Shown: in pieces, positions 8,195 through 17,581 of the stretch | Position numbering within the stretch: position 1 is the first letter of the stretch | Layout of the letters: each line of letters starts with the position of its first letter | Made by a program: the position numbers and the translations under genes | Origin: Candidatus Korarchaeum cryptofilum OPF8 | GTDB lineage: Archaea; Korarchaeota; Korarchaeia; Korarchaeales; Korarchaeaceae | NCBI RefSeq assembly: GCF_000019605.1 | Contig: NC_010482.1 | Span: forward strand, 360,001-392,000 | Direction: 5' to 3' | DNA: 32,000 bases | Notes under the pieces: model-generated | Told to the model about the DNA's origin: nothing | Seen by the model: only the letters and a program-made list of their open reading frames with translations | Database searches by the model: none

Positions 8195-8673
8195 CGATAG
8201 AGTTTAGGGATCTGGGGCCTGAGGAGATAGAGGAATACATAAAATTCGATGCTAAGATAAGCTGGGATTTCCTAACTGATGAGGAGAAGATGGAGCTGGG
8301 ATACGATGATTATCTGAGGAGGCATAGGGAGGTAGTGTACTCGCTCTACAGAGCTAACATGAGGAACAGGATGATAGCGGCTTATGCGGACGGCGAGATT
8401 GTAGGAGTGGTCTGGGTGGGCATGAGGGTAGATACGGTCCACTTCGTGGGCGTGGGCTACATATACGATATCGAGGTGATTAGGGATCTGAGGGGGAAGG
8501 GGATAGGGAGCAAGCTACTCCAGATGGCCGAGGAGACCTGCAGGGAGTGGGGAGTCAAGGAGGTCATGCTGGCTGTCGAGGCGAATAATTTTGAGGCAAT
8601 TAAGTGGTATGAGAGGATGGGATACGCTCCGAAGAGGTATCTGATGAGCAAGAGGTTGCGAGCGTTTGAATGA
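8158..8673 (+). CDS. GNAT-family N-acetyltransferase
   Basis: Motif A reads IYDIEVIRDLRGKGIGSKLLQMAEE (R/QxxGxG), followed by NNFEAIKWYERMGY. It overlaps the upstream gene by 37 nt. Confidence 0.85.
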   Translation: MGKSRERGIGAVAIEFRDLGPEEIEEYIKFDAKISWDFLTDEEKMELGYDDYLRRHREVVYSLYRANMRNRMIAAYADGEIVGVVWVGMRVDTVHFVGVGYIYDIEVIRDLRGKGIGSKLLQMAEETCREWGVKEVMLAVEANNFEAIKWYERMGYAPKRYLMSKRLRAFE

Positions 8674-8706
8674 AACCTTTATTATGTAGCAGTAAGTGGT
8701 GACCCG

Positions 8707-8976
8707 ATGCAGGGATCCGATCTGATCTCAGCTGTGAAGTTCATAATAGAGATCTTATTGAAGTTAGCGAGCTGGTTCGATCAGCTCTTCAAGGCGATAA
8801 TAGTGCCCATAATGAATCAGATAGGCATAAAGGGGGATGCCGCTAATGCTATAACTTTCATAATAGAGCTCATGATATTCGTAGTGCTCATAGAGAAAGC
8901 AGCGGGGCTCGTCAAATGGGTCCTCCTCGCACTGCTCATACTCCTAGTTATAGGGGCCCTCTATCCCTACCTATGA
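8707..8976 (+). CDS. Small membrane protein (89 aa, 2-3 TM)
   Basis: Hydrophobic segments are present (ITFIIELMIFVVLI, VLLALLILLVIGALY). A TATA-like cctttattatg sits about 25 nt upstream. Confidence 0.5.
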   Translation: MQGSDLISAVKFIIEILLKLASWFDQLFKAIIVPIMNQIGIKGDAANAITFIIELMIFVVLIEKAAGLVKWVLLALLILLVIGALYPYL

Positions 8977-9015
8977 GGTTTAATAAGATCCCCTTCATGG
9001 AGCTAGGGGTCGCTA

Positions 9016-10041
9016 TTGAGGGCTGTGGTGATACGCAAGCACGGGGGTCCCGAGGTACTGGAGTTCGAGGAGGATTATCCTGATCCTAAGATAGGCCCTA
9101 ATGACGTTCTAGTCGAGGTCAAAGCAGTCGCTATGAATCATTTAGACATCTGGGTGAGGAAAGGCGTGAGAGGGGCGACTCTACCGAGGATACTGGGCTC
9201 GGATATCTCGGGAATTGTTAAGGAAGTTGGGAGTGGCGTGAGCGATGTCAAGGTGGGAGAGGAGGTCATAGTCTCCCCGGGTTACGGCTGCGGGAAGTGC
9301 GAGTACTGCCTGAGCGGTAGGGAGAGTATGTGCAAGCAGTATAAGATGCCCGGCTATCACGTCGATGGCGGTTACGCTGAGCTGACATCGCATCCTGAGA
9401 GGGCGATACTCAGGAAGCCAGCAAATCTGAATTTCGAAGAGGCAGCATCGGTCCCTTTAGTCTTCCTTACATCTTGGCACATGCTCAGGACTCTCGCTGA
9501 TGTGAGGGAAGATGAGTGGGTCCTCATATGGGGCGCTGGGAGCGGAGTGGGCATATCATCGATACAGATAGCGAAGCTCCTCGGGGCCAAAGTTATAGCA
9601 ACTGTCGGGGATGATTGGAAGGTGGAGAGGGCCTATAAGATAGGGGCGGATCACGTGATAAACAGGAAGAAGGAGGATGTCATCGCTAGAGTGAAGGAAC
9701 TCACTGGGGAGGGGGTGGATGTGGTCGTAGACTCGGTGGGCAGCGAGACTTGGATGAGCAGTCTCAAGTGCTTGAGGGTAGGGGGCAGGATGGTCAGCGT
9801 GGGAGCCACTTCAGGGGAGCAAGCGAGTATAGATGTCAGATACATTTTCTCAAGGCAGCTCAGAATATTAGGCTCTTACATGGGGAGCAGGGCTGAGCTG
9901 ATCGAAGTTCTGAAGTTCTTCGAGAGGGGGAAGCTCAGGCCAGTCATAGATTCTGTATTCAAGCTTGAGGAAGCTAGGAAGGCTCATGAGAGGATGGAAG
10001 GGAGCGAGATGTTTGGAAAGATAGTTATCCTGCCGAGGTGA
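9016..10041 (+). CDS. Zinc-type alcohol dehydrogenase / quinone oxidoreductase (MDR superfamily)
   Basis: GCGKCEYCLSGRESMC is the structural-zinc cysteine cluster and GAGSGVGISSIQIAKLLGAKV is the Rossmann motif. The TTG start gives MRAVVIRKHGGPEVLE. Confidence 0.85.
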   Translation: MRAVVIRKHGGPEVLEFEEDYPDPKIGPNDVLVEVKAVAMNHLDIWVRKGVRGATLPRILGSDISGIVKEVGSGVSDVKVGEEVIVSPGYGCGKCEYCLSGRESMCKQYKMPGYHVDGGYAELTSHPERAILRKPANLNFEEAASVPLVFLTSWHMLRTLADVREDEWVLIWGAGSGVGISSIQIAKLLGAKVIATVGDDWKVERAYKIGADHVINRKKEDVIARVKELTGEGVDVVVDSVGSETWMSSLKCLRVGGRMVSVGATSGEQASIDVRYIFSRQLRILGSYMGSRAELIEVLKFFERGKLRPVIDSVFKLEEARKAHERMEGSEMFGKIVILPR

Positions 10042-10045
10042 TCTC

Positions 10046-10369
10046 ATGTTCGATGTGGAGGAGTTCTGGAAGTTCGATCTCAGGGTGGGGAAGGTGCTGG
10101 CAGCAGAAAGGGTATCGGGCTCTAAGAAGCTGATAAAGTTGGATGTCGATTTCGGGAGCGAGAGAAGGACGATAGTGACTGGGATAGCTGATCAAGTAGA
10201 TCCCGAAATCCTAGTTGGGAAAAAGATGATATTCGTCCTCAATTTGAAGCCGAAGAGGATGATGGGAGTTGAGAGCCAGGGGATGCTATTGCTGGCTGAG
10301 GAGGATGGCGGGAGGATACATTTGATAGAGGTGCCCGATGAGGTCCCCGTAGGCACTAAAGTTTGGTGA
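10046..10369 (+). CDS. tRNA-binding domain protein (Trbp111/CsaA/MetRS-C-terminal-like)
   Basis: The motifs DLRVGKVLAAERV...KLIKLDVDFG...RTIVTGIA...GVESQGMLL are typical of the OB-fold tRNA-binding domain. Confidence 0.8.
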   Translation: MFDVEEFWKFDLRVGKVLAAERVSGSKKLIKLDVDFGSERRTIVTGIADQVDPEILVGKKMIFVLNLKPKRMMGVESQGMLLLAEEDGGRIHLIEVPDEVPVGTKVW

Positions 10370-11246
10370 TCAGACCAGCTGACTTTAGAGCGTTCTTAAT
10401 TTCCTCCCTCTCCCCCTCTGATAGAGGTTGAGATGGCATCCTGGCGAAGCCTCCCGGAAGGCCCCTCAGCCTCAAAGCTTCTTTAGTAGCGCTTAACTGA
10501 TTGTACTTCTTCACTATAACTTCATTCAACATGGTGAGGGTCAGCTGGATCTTGGAAGCTCTCTTCAGATCACCAGCCATGAAGGAGTTGTAGAGCTCGA
10601 CTGTGAGCTCGGGGGCGAATATAGAGACAGCCACTATTCCCCCATCCCCTCCTAGGACTAAGGTATCGAGGAGTACATCTCCAGTCCCAGCTAGAACTGA
10701 CTTCTTACCTCCAATTAGCCTGATGAGCTCTGAGATCCTCCATATTAAGCCGCTAGACTCCTTTATGCCCGCGAAGTTATCGAAATCGGAGAGCTTGGCT
10801 ACGATATCTATCGGTACATCGTAACCGACGAACTTAGTCACATTGTAAAGGAGTATGGGGATGTTGGAGGACTTGAGGATGAGGGTGTAATGTTCTAAGA
10901 GCTCCTTGGGGCTCGGTTTGAAGTAGTAGGGAGGGGTCAGGAGGACCGCATCGGCCCCTATCCTCTCAGCCATCTGTATCTGCCTCATGAGGGCTCTAGT
11001 CGATGGGTTGCTCACGCCAGCTATCACCGGCACCTGCCCCCCTGCTTTATCTATGACGGCCCTCAGGACCTCGCCCCTCTCCTCATCATCGAGGAGAGGC
11101 CCCTCCCCGTTGCTCGCGCAAGTAGCTAATCCATGAACCTTAGCTTCCAGCCAGAAATCGAGGAGCTTGTCGAGGGATCTGAGGTCCAGATCCCCTTCCT
11201 GAGTGAAAGGGGTGACATGAGGCGGTATTATACCGTGGAACCTCAT
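10356..11246 (-). CDS. DapA/KDG-aldolase family class I aldolase
   Basis: The N-terminus GIIPPHVTPF, the TPPYY motif, and the Schiff-base lysine motif GIKESSG are present. Length is 296 aa. Substrate cannot be assigned from sequence alone. Confidence 0.8.
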   Translation of the reverse strand: MRFHGIIPPHVTPFTQEGDLDLRSLDKLLDFWLEAKVHGLATCASNGEGPLLDDEERGEVLRAVIDKAGGQVPVIAGVSNPSTRALMRQIQMAERIGADAVLLTPPYYFKPSPKELLEHYTLILKSSNIPILLYNVTKFVGYDVPIDIVAKLSDFDNFAGIKESSGLIWRISELIRLIGGKKSVLAGTGDVLLDTLVLGGDGGIVAVSIFAPELTVELYNSFMAGDLKRASKIQLTLTMLNEVIVKKYNQLSATKEALRLRGLPGGFARMPSQPLSEGEREEIKNALKSAGLITKL

Positions 11247-11283
11247 AAAGAAACTTCCCCCCTGAAAAATAAAAAGTTGAGCT

Positions 11284-12204
11284 TCATAGCGAGGACTTTA
11301 TATGCTCTATAACACCCTTAATCTCTCCGGGCAAGTAGAACCTCCATAGGAGCCTGCAAACTAACCTCTTCAGGAAGGAAAGCTTTATTCTACCTCCGCA
11401 TGCGTATGGATGGCCTCCTCCGCCGTAACTCTCACATATAACCCTTAGATCGACTTCCTTCATCCTCCCGGCGTATAGGGAGAACCTCTTACAGTTAAAA
11501 ACGAAGCAGAAATCAGCTCCCAGATCCTCACTAGCTTTCCTAGCTATTAGGGACCCCGGACCTCCCGCTCTAATATCTATAACGCAGAATCTCCTGCCTC
11601 CATGAGTTTCCTCTATCCTAACTCTCTTCAATGCCTCCTCGACTTGCGACTCTATGGATAGGAGCTTCTTCCTGCCGAAATCCTCCAGCCCCTCATCTAT
11701 TAAATATCCTTCCACCAGTTTCCCAATTAGCTTAACTTTCATTTTCTTACTTGTGGAGATCGCATTATATATTCTAGATATCTCCAGCGCGTATTTGCCC
11801 GTATCCGCATCATCAGCTATCTCGACCAGCCTCCTCTCGAAATCTCCGCCACCTAACCACTCCAGAACTAGCCTAGCGTTGCTCTGAGATGGCTTGAGTC
11901 TCAGCTCTATGAGCTCCGATAACCTAGAGGAGCTCTCATCATCCCATCTATGGTGATCGCACCAATAGACCCTGCAGCCGGAACCTATCAACCTCCTGAG
12001 CTCAGCCTCCACTCCCTCCAATTTCGATTTATTCAGCCCTATATCAAGTATTAGGAGCTCATCGACTCCCCTGACCTTTGAGAGAGCTTTATCTATAGAA
12101 CCAGGCCCGGAAAACTTCAATTCAGATTCTCCGAGCCTCCTGATAGCTATAGCTGCGCTCAGGATCCCATCGACATCTCCATGCGTTATTATCAAACGCT
12201 TCAT
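11284..12204 (-). CDS. DHH-family phosphoesterase (DHH/DHHA1)
   Basis: Four motifs are present: THGDVDG (motif I), LDIG (motif II), CDHHRW (DHH), and GGGGHPYACGG (DHHA1 GGGH). Confidence 0.75.
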   Translation of the reverse strand: MKRLIITHGDVDGILSAAIAIRRLGESELKFSGPGSIDKALSKVRGVDELLILDIGLNKSKLEGVEAELRRLIGSGCRVYWCDHHRWDDESSSRLSELIELRLKPSQSNARLVLEWLGGGDFERRLVEIADDADTGKYALEISRIYNAISTSKKMKVKLIGKLVEGYLIDEGLEDFGRKKLLSIESQVEEALKRVRIEETHGGRRFCVIDIRAGGPGSLIARKASEDLGADFCFVFNCKRFSLYAGRMKEVDLRVICESYGGGGHPYACGGRIKLSFLKRLVCRLLWRFYLPGEIKGVIEHIKSSL

Positions 12205-12205
12205 C

Positions 12206-13060
12206 CTATCCCTCTACCCAGCTCACGTTAACCGAGCCCTCTAGCTCAGCTATTAAGTTCTCATCTATCTTGCAAGGTCCCTCGTGAAGAGTGGAAGCTG
12301 TGGCTGATGCTACGGAGAATTTAGCTAGATCCTCGAGCTCCAGGCCCCTGAACAGAGCTATGCCTAGGGCTGCTGAGAATACATCCCCAGCCCCCACTTC
12401 ATCCTTAGCATCAACTTCCGGGGCTTCAGCATATAAGATACCCTCCGGGAAGCTGAATAGAGCCCCCTGCCTCCCTAATGTTATAGCCACTATCGGGAAG
12501 TGCCTGGATAACTCTTTCAAAGCTCCTCTAACATCCTTACCAGTCGCAGCAATAGCTTCGAGGTCGTTCAAATGAACTACAACTTCCAAATCGAGGAATT
12601 CATCTAAATAGCCTCTGGAAAGCTTTATTCCATTATCGAATACTCTCAATATCCCCTGTAGGTCCAGCAAAACTATTCTGGAGATCTTAATAGATTCAAG
12701 AGCTACCTCCCTGTTTATCTCATTAGCCACAGGGCCTAAATGTATTATATCGGCATTTAAAGAGCTGAGATCATCGACTGAAATATTATCGCAACGGGAC
12801 GATAGGGAAAGGGGATATGAGCTCTTGCTTATCGAGAACCTAGTGGTCCTCTCGCAAGATCTCTTCACTCTCGAGGTATCCACGCCCTCCTCCTCGAGCT
12901 TAGCGAGGAACTCCTCAGGCATGTCCCTCCCAACTCTGGATACTATAGAAGCCCTCATCCCGAGCCCAGTGGCGAATAGGGATCCGTAAACTACGCTACC
13001 GCCTATCCTAACTTCATTCATCTCATCTATCGTTATATGGCCTACAGCGGCGTAACTCAT
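12206..13060 (-). CDS. PfkB/ribokinase-family carbohydrate or nucleoside kinase
   Basis: The C-terminal motif DEVGAGDVFSAALG is the PfkB signature 2. The N-terminal GG dipeptide region is present. The ATGA overlap couples it to upstream trmO. Confidence 0.8.
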   Translation of the reverse strand: MSYAAVGHITIDEMNEVRIGGSVVYGSLFATGLGMRASIVSRVGRDMPEEFLAKLEEEGVDTSRVKRSCERTTRFSISKSSYPLSLSSRCDNISVDDLSSLNADIIHLGPVANEINREVALESIKISRIVLLDLQGILRVFDNGIKLSRGYLDEFLDLEVVVHLNDLEAIAATGKDVRGALKELSRHFPIVAITLGRQGALFSFPEGILYAEAPEVDAKDEVGAGDVFSAALGIALFRGLELEDLAKFSVASATASTLHEGPCKIDENLIAELEGSVNVSWVEG

Positions 13061-13524
13061 TCAAATCCCCTCTCTATCAGTCGCGAGTACCAATCGGGGA
13101 ATGAGGGGTTCCTGACGATCCTGGATACAGTATAAGGCTTTATATCGAGGACGGGGGTCCCGTCATACGCATCCATATTGGAAACGTATATCCTTCCATC
13201 AGAAATACCATTAACTCTAACTAAGTGGAGCCCTATGGGGTTAGGCCTGTGAGGGGAATCCGTCGCGAAGACACCTACTTCGGGAGCCTCGAGTCCAAGC
13301 CTCAGGAACCTCTTAGGCCTGACGATGAGAGTGGCTCTGCTCTCCTCGGGGACCTCGTGTAAGTATGATATGATGAAGATGTGAGAGAAGCCATTTAGCC
13401 CGATTAGACCATCCCTATATTCCTCCAAGATCTCTATGTAACCTTCGACGCCATCGAAGCTTCCCTTAACTTCCTCTCTAGAGGCCCCTGTCCTGAAGAA
13501 GCCTATGGGTTTGAAGCATATCAT
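13057..13524 (-). CDS. trmO: TsaA/TrmO (YaeB, UPF0066) family tRNA methyltransferase-like protein
   Basis: The motifs RPNPIGLHLVRV and GTPVLDIKPY are characteristic of the TsaA-like fold. A TATA-like gctttttagcc lies about 28 nt upstream. Confidence 0.8.
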   Translation of the reverse strand: MICFKPIGFFRTGASREEVKGSFDGVEGYIEILEEYRDGLIGLNGFSHIFIISYLHEVPEESRATLIVRPKRFLRLGLEAPEVGVFATDSPHRPNPIGLHLVRVNGISDGRIYVSNMDAYDGTPVLDIKPYTVSRIVRNPSFPDWYSRLIERGFE

Positions 13525-13742
13525 AGCTAGGGGGAGGAAGAGGAGGCTAAAAAGCGTTCAGACTCACGCGCCGATATTGAAGTGTAAATAATTAAAATAG
13601 GGCACGAATTTTGACAGATATTTTTATGTAGTGGGATATTTAGAAAAGAATTTTTTATACGGTGGAGATTCAAAAAATGAAGCTAGGGGCGAGGAGTCGA
13701 GCTGGAGTTTTATTTATTGAATGATAAGCCGGAGGGGATCTC

Positions 13743-14876
13743 ATGAAAAGGATCACCGAGACCTTCGGACAGGAGAGCATGGTGATGGTGATAGCTGGTA
13801 ACATATCATCCGTTCTGATAGGCTCGATTATATGGATATTGCTCGCAGGAGTCCTCCCTGTGAGCGATTACGGTAGAGCCAATTACATACTCTCCCTGGG
13901 GGCCTTCCTCTCCACTTTCACATTGCTCGGGTTCAACGTAACGCTAAGGACCTATCTCCCGAGGGGGAGGGATGAGATACTTCCCCCATCGATACTGCTC
14001 ACCTCTCTAATCTCCATAATCTTGGGAATGCCCTTCATCAACTTGCACCCATCGATACCGCTGATAATATTCAGCAACTCCATCTTCATCCTACTGACCT
14101 CTGAGAGGCTAGGCCATCTCAAGTACAGGGACTTCTTCATACTCCAGACAGTTACTAGGGTGCTCCAAATAATTCTGATAATATTGATAGTCCCTATATC
14201 CGGTTTGGATGGAGCTATTTACTCTATAACGCTCCCATTCACACTATTCTCAATTCCCATGCTCCTCAAGGCCAGGGGCGGATTTAGGGGCATTAAGGGG
14301 CTCCTCAGTTACTTCCGCTTCTCCCTTCTCTCCTACTTGAGCGGGATAGTGGGTGCTTTGGGCAATAGGTTCGATAAAGTGCTCATAGGCTCTCTCTACG
14401 GGGAGAGGGCCTTAGGGCACTATCAACTCGCTTTCCAGTTTTATTCAGCTATGCAATCGATTCCCACGGCCCTCGGCAGCTATATACTACCGATGAGATC
14501 TTCGGGCAGATCCACGAAGACCCAGGAAATGATAGGATTCTCGCTCTCAGTCCTCACATCGATAGCCGGCTACTTCCTCATACCGATTTTCGTCAAGGTA
14601 CTGTTCCCAAACTTCTATCCTGAGTCCGCTTTAGCCGGGAAGATAGTATCACTAGCGATAATATTCGATTCCCTCTACTCAATATACTCATCCAGGAGGT
14701 TGAGCGAGGAGGATCCGAGATCCGTCTTAGTAGCGAGTATGCTATCGATCCCGATACTCTTCTCATCAATCTACTTCCTAGGGTCATCCCTAGGGATAGA
14801 GGGCCTCGCGATCTCCATCCTGCTTTACAGGATCTCGGCTCTCTCCTTCATGATTCTAGTGACGAGGATCAGCTAG
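13743..14876 (+). CDS. Multi-pass membrane protein, oligosaccharide flippase (Wzx/MOP)-like
   Basis: About 10 hydrophobic helices. The pattern DYGRANYILSLG ... LGHYQLAFQFYS resembles polysaccharide-biosynthesis flippases. At 377 aa it is shorter than typical family members. Confidence 0.55.
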   Translation: MKRITETFGQESMVMVIAGNISSVLIGSIIWILLAGVLPVSDYGRANYILSLGAFLSTFTLLGFNVTLRTYLPRGRDEILPPSILLTSLISIILGMPFINLHPSIPLIIFSNSIFILLTSERLGHLKYRDFFILQTVTRVLQIILIILIVPISGLDGAIYSITLPFTLFSIPMLLKARGGFRGIKGLLSYFRFSLLSYLSGIVGALGNRFDKVLIGSLYGERALGHYQLAFQFYSAMQSIPTALGSYILPMRSSGRSTKTQEMIGFSLSVLTSIAGYFLIPIFVKVLFPNFYPESALAGKIVSLAIIFDSLYSIYSSRRLSEEDPRSVLVASMLSIPILFSSIYFLGSSLGIEGLAISILLYRISALSFMILVTRIS

Positions 14877-14970
14877 GCTGCGTGTAGCAATTACATGAGA
14901 TTAAGTTAAGCTATTTTTATAAGAAAGTAAAGTTTATTAGGTAGAGCTCCCCCCTAACCCAGGTGATACC

Positions 14971-15702
14971 ATGAGCGCTGCGGACTCGAGCCTCGTATCG
15001 GCTCTCAAGGACCTGAAGCTCGGATCGATACTATCGATACTCTCCGACGTCCTAAGTATAATATCAGTCCTCCCAATATTGCTATCCCTCCCTAGGATGT
15101 TCATGAGAGCGGAAACTCCCAGGGAAATGTTGAGGCAGATGATGCCCGGCATCGTCCCAACAGTCTTACTATTCGCTGCTGCCCTCGCAGTAGGGATAAT
15201 ATCGCTCTACTTCTGGTTCAGGGCATCTAACGAATTCAAGAGGCATGATGAGAGGCTGGGAATAGGTAAGATAGGGGCTATACTCTCTATAATAGGGACT
15301 GGCATAATCATAGTATCATTACTCATCCTTTTCGCTTTCCTCCCTCAGATGATATCTATGATTGGATCGGCGATTGAGATGCCACCTGGTGTGACTGATG
15401 AGACTATTGGAAGGCAGTTTGCGATGAGATTCCTCAGTCTGATCCCTATAGTGGTAGTGATGCTCATAGGCGCCCTGATATACTTAGTAGGTTGGATCCT
15501 CTACGGTGTTATGGTTATGAGGCTGGGGGAGGTCCAGGGATTGAATCCTGATTTCAAGTACGCGGGCATACTCATGATAGCTGGGACCTTGCTCTCTCTT
15601 ATCGGGAATCTGGCGATAATAGGCCTTGTATTGGAGCTAGTTTCACTCATAATGATCTTAGTCTACTCCGATATGTCGATAAAATCGCTCACATCCTCCT
15701 AA
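14971..15702 (+). CDS. Multi-pass membrane protein of unknown function
   Basis: Six or so hydrophobic segments. A perfect SD-like AGGTGAT sits 4 nt upstream of the ATG. Confidence 0.5.
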   Translation: MSAADSSLVSALKDLKLGSILSILSDVLSIISVLPILLSLPRMFMRAETPREMLRQMMPGIVPTVLLFAAALAVGIISLYFWFRASNEFKRHDERLGIGKIGAILSIIGTGIIIVSLLILFAFLPQMISMIGSAIEMPPGVTDETIGRQFAMRFLSLIPIVVVMLIGALIYLVGWILYGVMVMRLGEVQGLNPDFKYAGILMIAGTLLSLIGNLAIIGLVLELVSLIMILVYSDMSIKSLTSS

Positions 15703-15753
15703 GCTCAAGCCACCCCAACTAGTTAATTTTTTTACTTAGCATGAGAGGATCTA

Positions 15754-16038
15754 TTGATGCCGGAGCTCGTGAGGGCCCACTTGAGGATATACGGGAGAGT
15801 TCAAGGTGTTTTCTTCAGGTCAACGATGAGAGAAGTAGCTTTAGAGTTAGGAGTCAATGGATGGGTTAGGAACATGCCAGATGGGAGCGTCGAGGCTGTC
15901 GTTGAGGGGGAGAGGGAGAAGGTGGAGGAGTTGATAAAATGGGCCCATCGCGGTCCTCCTCTGGCCAAAGTCGAGAGGGTCGAGGTGAGATGGGAGAGCT
16001 ATAGAGGGGACTGGGAGGGGTTCAGCGTAGTGAGGTAG
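15754..16038 (+). CDS. acyP: Acylphosphatase
   Basis: GRVQGVFFR and [17 protein letters not shown] are the acylphosphatase signatures. ATG at 15757 is the likely start (the ORF-track TTG is at 15754). Confidence 0.9.
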   Translation: MMPELVRAHLRIYGRVQGVFFRSTMREVALELGVNGWVRNMPDGSVEAVVEGEREKVEELIKWAHRGPPLAKVERVEVRWESYRGDWEGFSVVR

Positions 16039-16210
16039 AGGCTGTCCTAACGTTGAATTTTCACGGTAAGCAAAAATTAAAGATAACACATCCGGAAGCT
16101 CTCAAATTCACTCGGCCCTCGGATTTAAGCTTCAGCCCTTCCATATTCTCGCTGAGAGAGGAGGGCAATATATTTAAAACGATCGATCTTAATCATGAGT
16201 GGTGAGGTGA

Positions 16211-17152
16211 ATGGCCGGAAGGGGTTTCTCGCTCCTCGGTTTGAGGCTCGATATGGTCTTCACGCTATCCCTCATAATAGTGATATCCACATTCGTCTTC
16301 ACACTGCTAATAGGATCATCAATCGGTTTGATAGGCGGAGTACTGGCTGCCTTGCTCTTCAACGCCTTCATGTGGATGATCTCGCCTTACCTACTGGTAT
16401 CCATGTACGGGTTGAGGCAGCTGAGCAGGAGCGATATACCGTGGCTCTACGACTCCCTAGAATATTTAGCTAGAAAGAGTGAGTTGAAATCAACGCCTAA
16501 ACTTTACATAGCTCCGATTGGTGTTCCGAATGCGTTTGCATTCGGGAGCCCGATATTCGGTTACGGAGTGGCTGTAACGGATGGCTTGCTGAGGAACCTG
16601 AGCGAGGATGAAATTGAAGCTGTCGTAGGGCATGAGATAGGCCACATAAAGCACGGTGATATGCACGTCATGATGATAGCTACAGCCCTGCCCTCTATAT
16701 TCCTACAGATAGGTAGATGGGTCATGCTGAGCTCTATGTACTCCGGAGGGGGGAGGGATAGGGAGAGCAATGCTGGAGCATCCTTCTTGATAGGCTCGGC
16801 CCTCATGCTGATAGGGTGGCTCCTCTACCTATTGGCCCTGAGGTTGAGCAGGCTCAGGGAGTTCTACGCTGATGCTCACTCAGCGATGACCGTGGAGAGA
16901 GGGGCTGAGAAGCTTCAGAGCGCCCTAGTTAGGATAGTCAGGGCGACGGACCCCAGGAAGGGTGAGCAGCTGGTAGCGGCGAAGGCCCTGATGATAGCGG
17001 ATCCGACCCAGAGAGTGAGCTATAGTGAGATAAGGGAGTATATGGAGAGGGAACCTTCTCTCTTCGAGAAGATAATGAACTTATTCTCAACGCATCCCAG
17101 GATAGAGGAGAGACTGAGGAGACTGGAGGCTCTGAAGTCCCTCTACAGCTGA
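16211..17152 (+). CDS. htpX: HtpX-type M48 zinc metalloprotease (membrane)
   Basis: HEIGHIKHGD (HExxH) sits between TM helices, with the downstream motifs EFYAD and STHPRIEERL. TATA-like atatatttaaaa lies about 35 nt upstream. Confidence 0.85.
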   Translation: MAGRGFSLLGLRLDMVFTLSLIIVISTFVFTLLIGSSIGLIGGVLAALLFNAFMWMISPYLLVSMYGLRQLSRSDIPWLYDSLEYLARKSELKSTPKLYIAPIGVPNAFAFGSPIFGYGVAVTDGLLRNLSEDEIEAVVGHEIGHIKHGDMHVMMIATALPSIFLQIGRWVMLSSMYSGGGRDRESNAGASFLIGSALMLIGWLLYLLALRLSRLREFYADAHSAMTVERGAEKLQSALVRIVRATDPRKGEQLVAAKALMIADPTQRVSYSEIREYMEREPSLFEKIMNLFSTHPRIEERLRRLEALKSLYS

Positions 17153-17233
17153 TTTTTCAATAGAGGCTCCTCCCGATACCTTTAAAATTTAATACATTAA
17201 CTTTTTATGGGAGGCTTGCGTACTTCGTAGGAG

Positions 17234-17578
17234 GTGCGCCGGTTGGAGAAGATAGCGATACCAGCTAAAGGTCCCGAAGGGCTGGATGCCCTCACCTTCG
17301 GCCAGCCAATATACGCGCCTTTCTTCACTATAGTTACGATAGAGGGAGGTGAGGTGAAGGAGGTTGAAGTGATAAGGAATCCTGCATCAGCCCTACTACC
17401 TTACAGGGGCCCTAGTTTGGCTTCTTGGCTCAAACACATGGGTGTGAGCGTCGTAATAGCTATCTCATTCCCCGAGGACGTCATATACAGCCTTACATCC
17501 TGGGGCATAAAGCCCGTATTCATAGTTGGTAAGAGAGTCAGGGAGCTGCTAGAGGCTTATCTCTCAGCCCTAAAATGA
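17234..17578 (+). CDS. NifB/NifX-like (dinitrogenase FeMo-cofactor-binding fold) small protein
   Basis: The pattern KIAIPAKG...APFFTIVTIEGGEVKEVEVIRNP...GVSVVIA...GIKPV matches PF02579-type proteins. GTG start. Confidence 0.5.
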   Translation: MRRLEKIAIPAKGPEGLDALTFGQPIYAPFFTIVTIEGGEVKEVEVIRNPASALLPYRGPSLASWLKHMGVSVVIAISFPEDVIYSLTSWGIKPVFIVGKRVRELLEAYLSALK

Positions 17579-17581
17579 ACC

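Noticed and set aside
10356-11246. The DapA-family gene together with the LysW-like gene as evidence for two competing lysine pathways.
   Set aside because: The DapA family also includes KDG/KDPG aldolases common in archaea, and substrate cannot be assigned from motifs alone. No other dap or lys genes are in the window.
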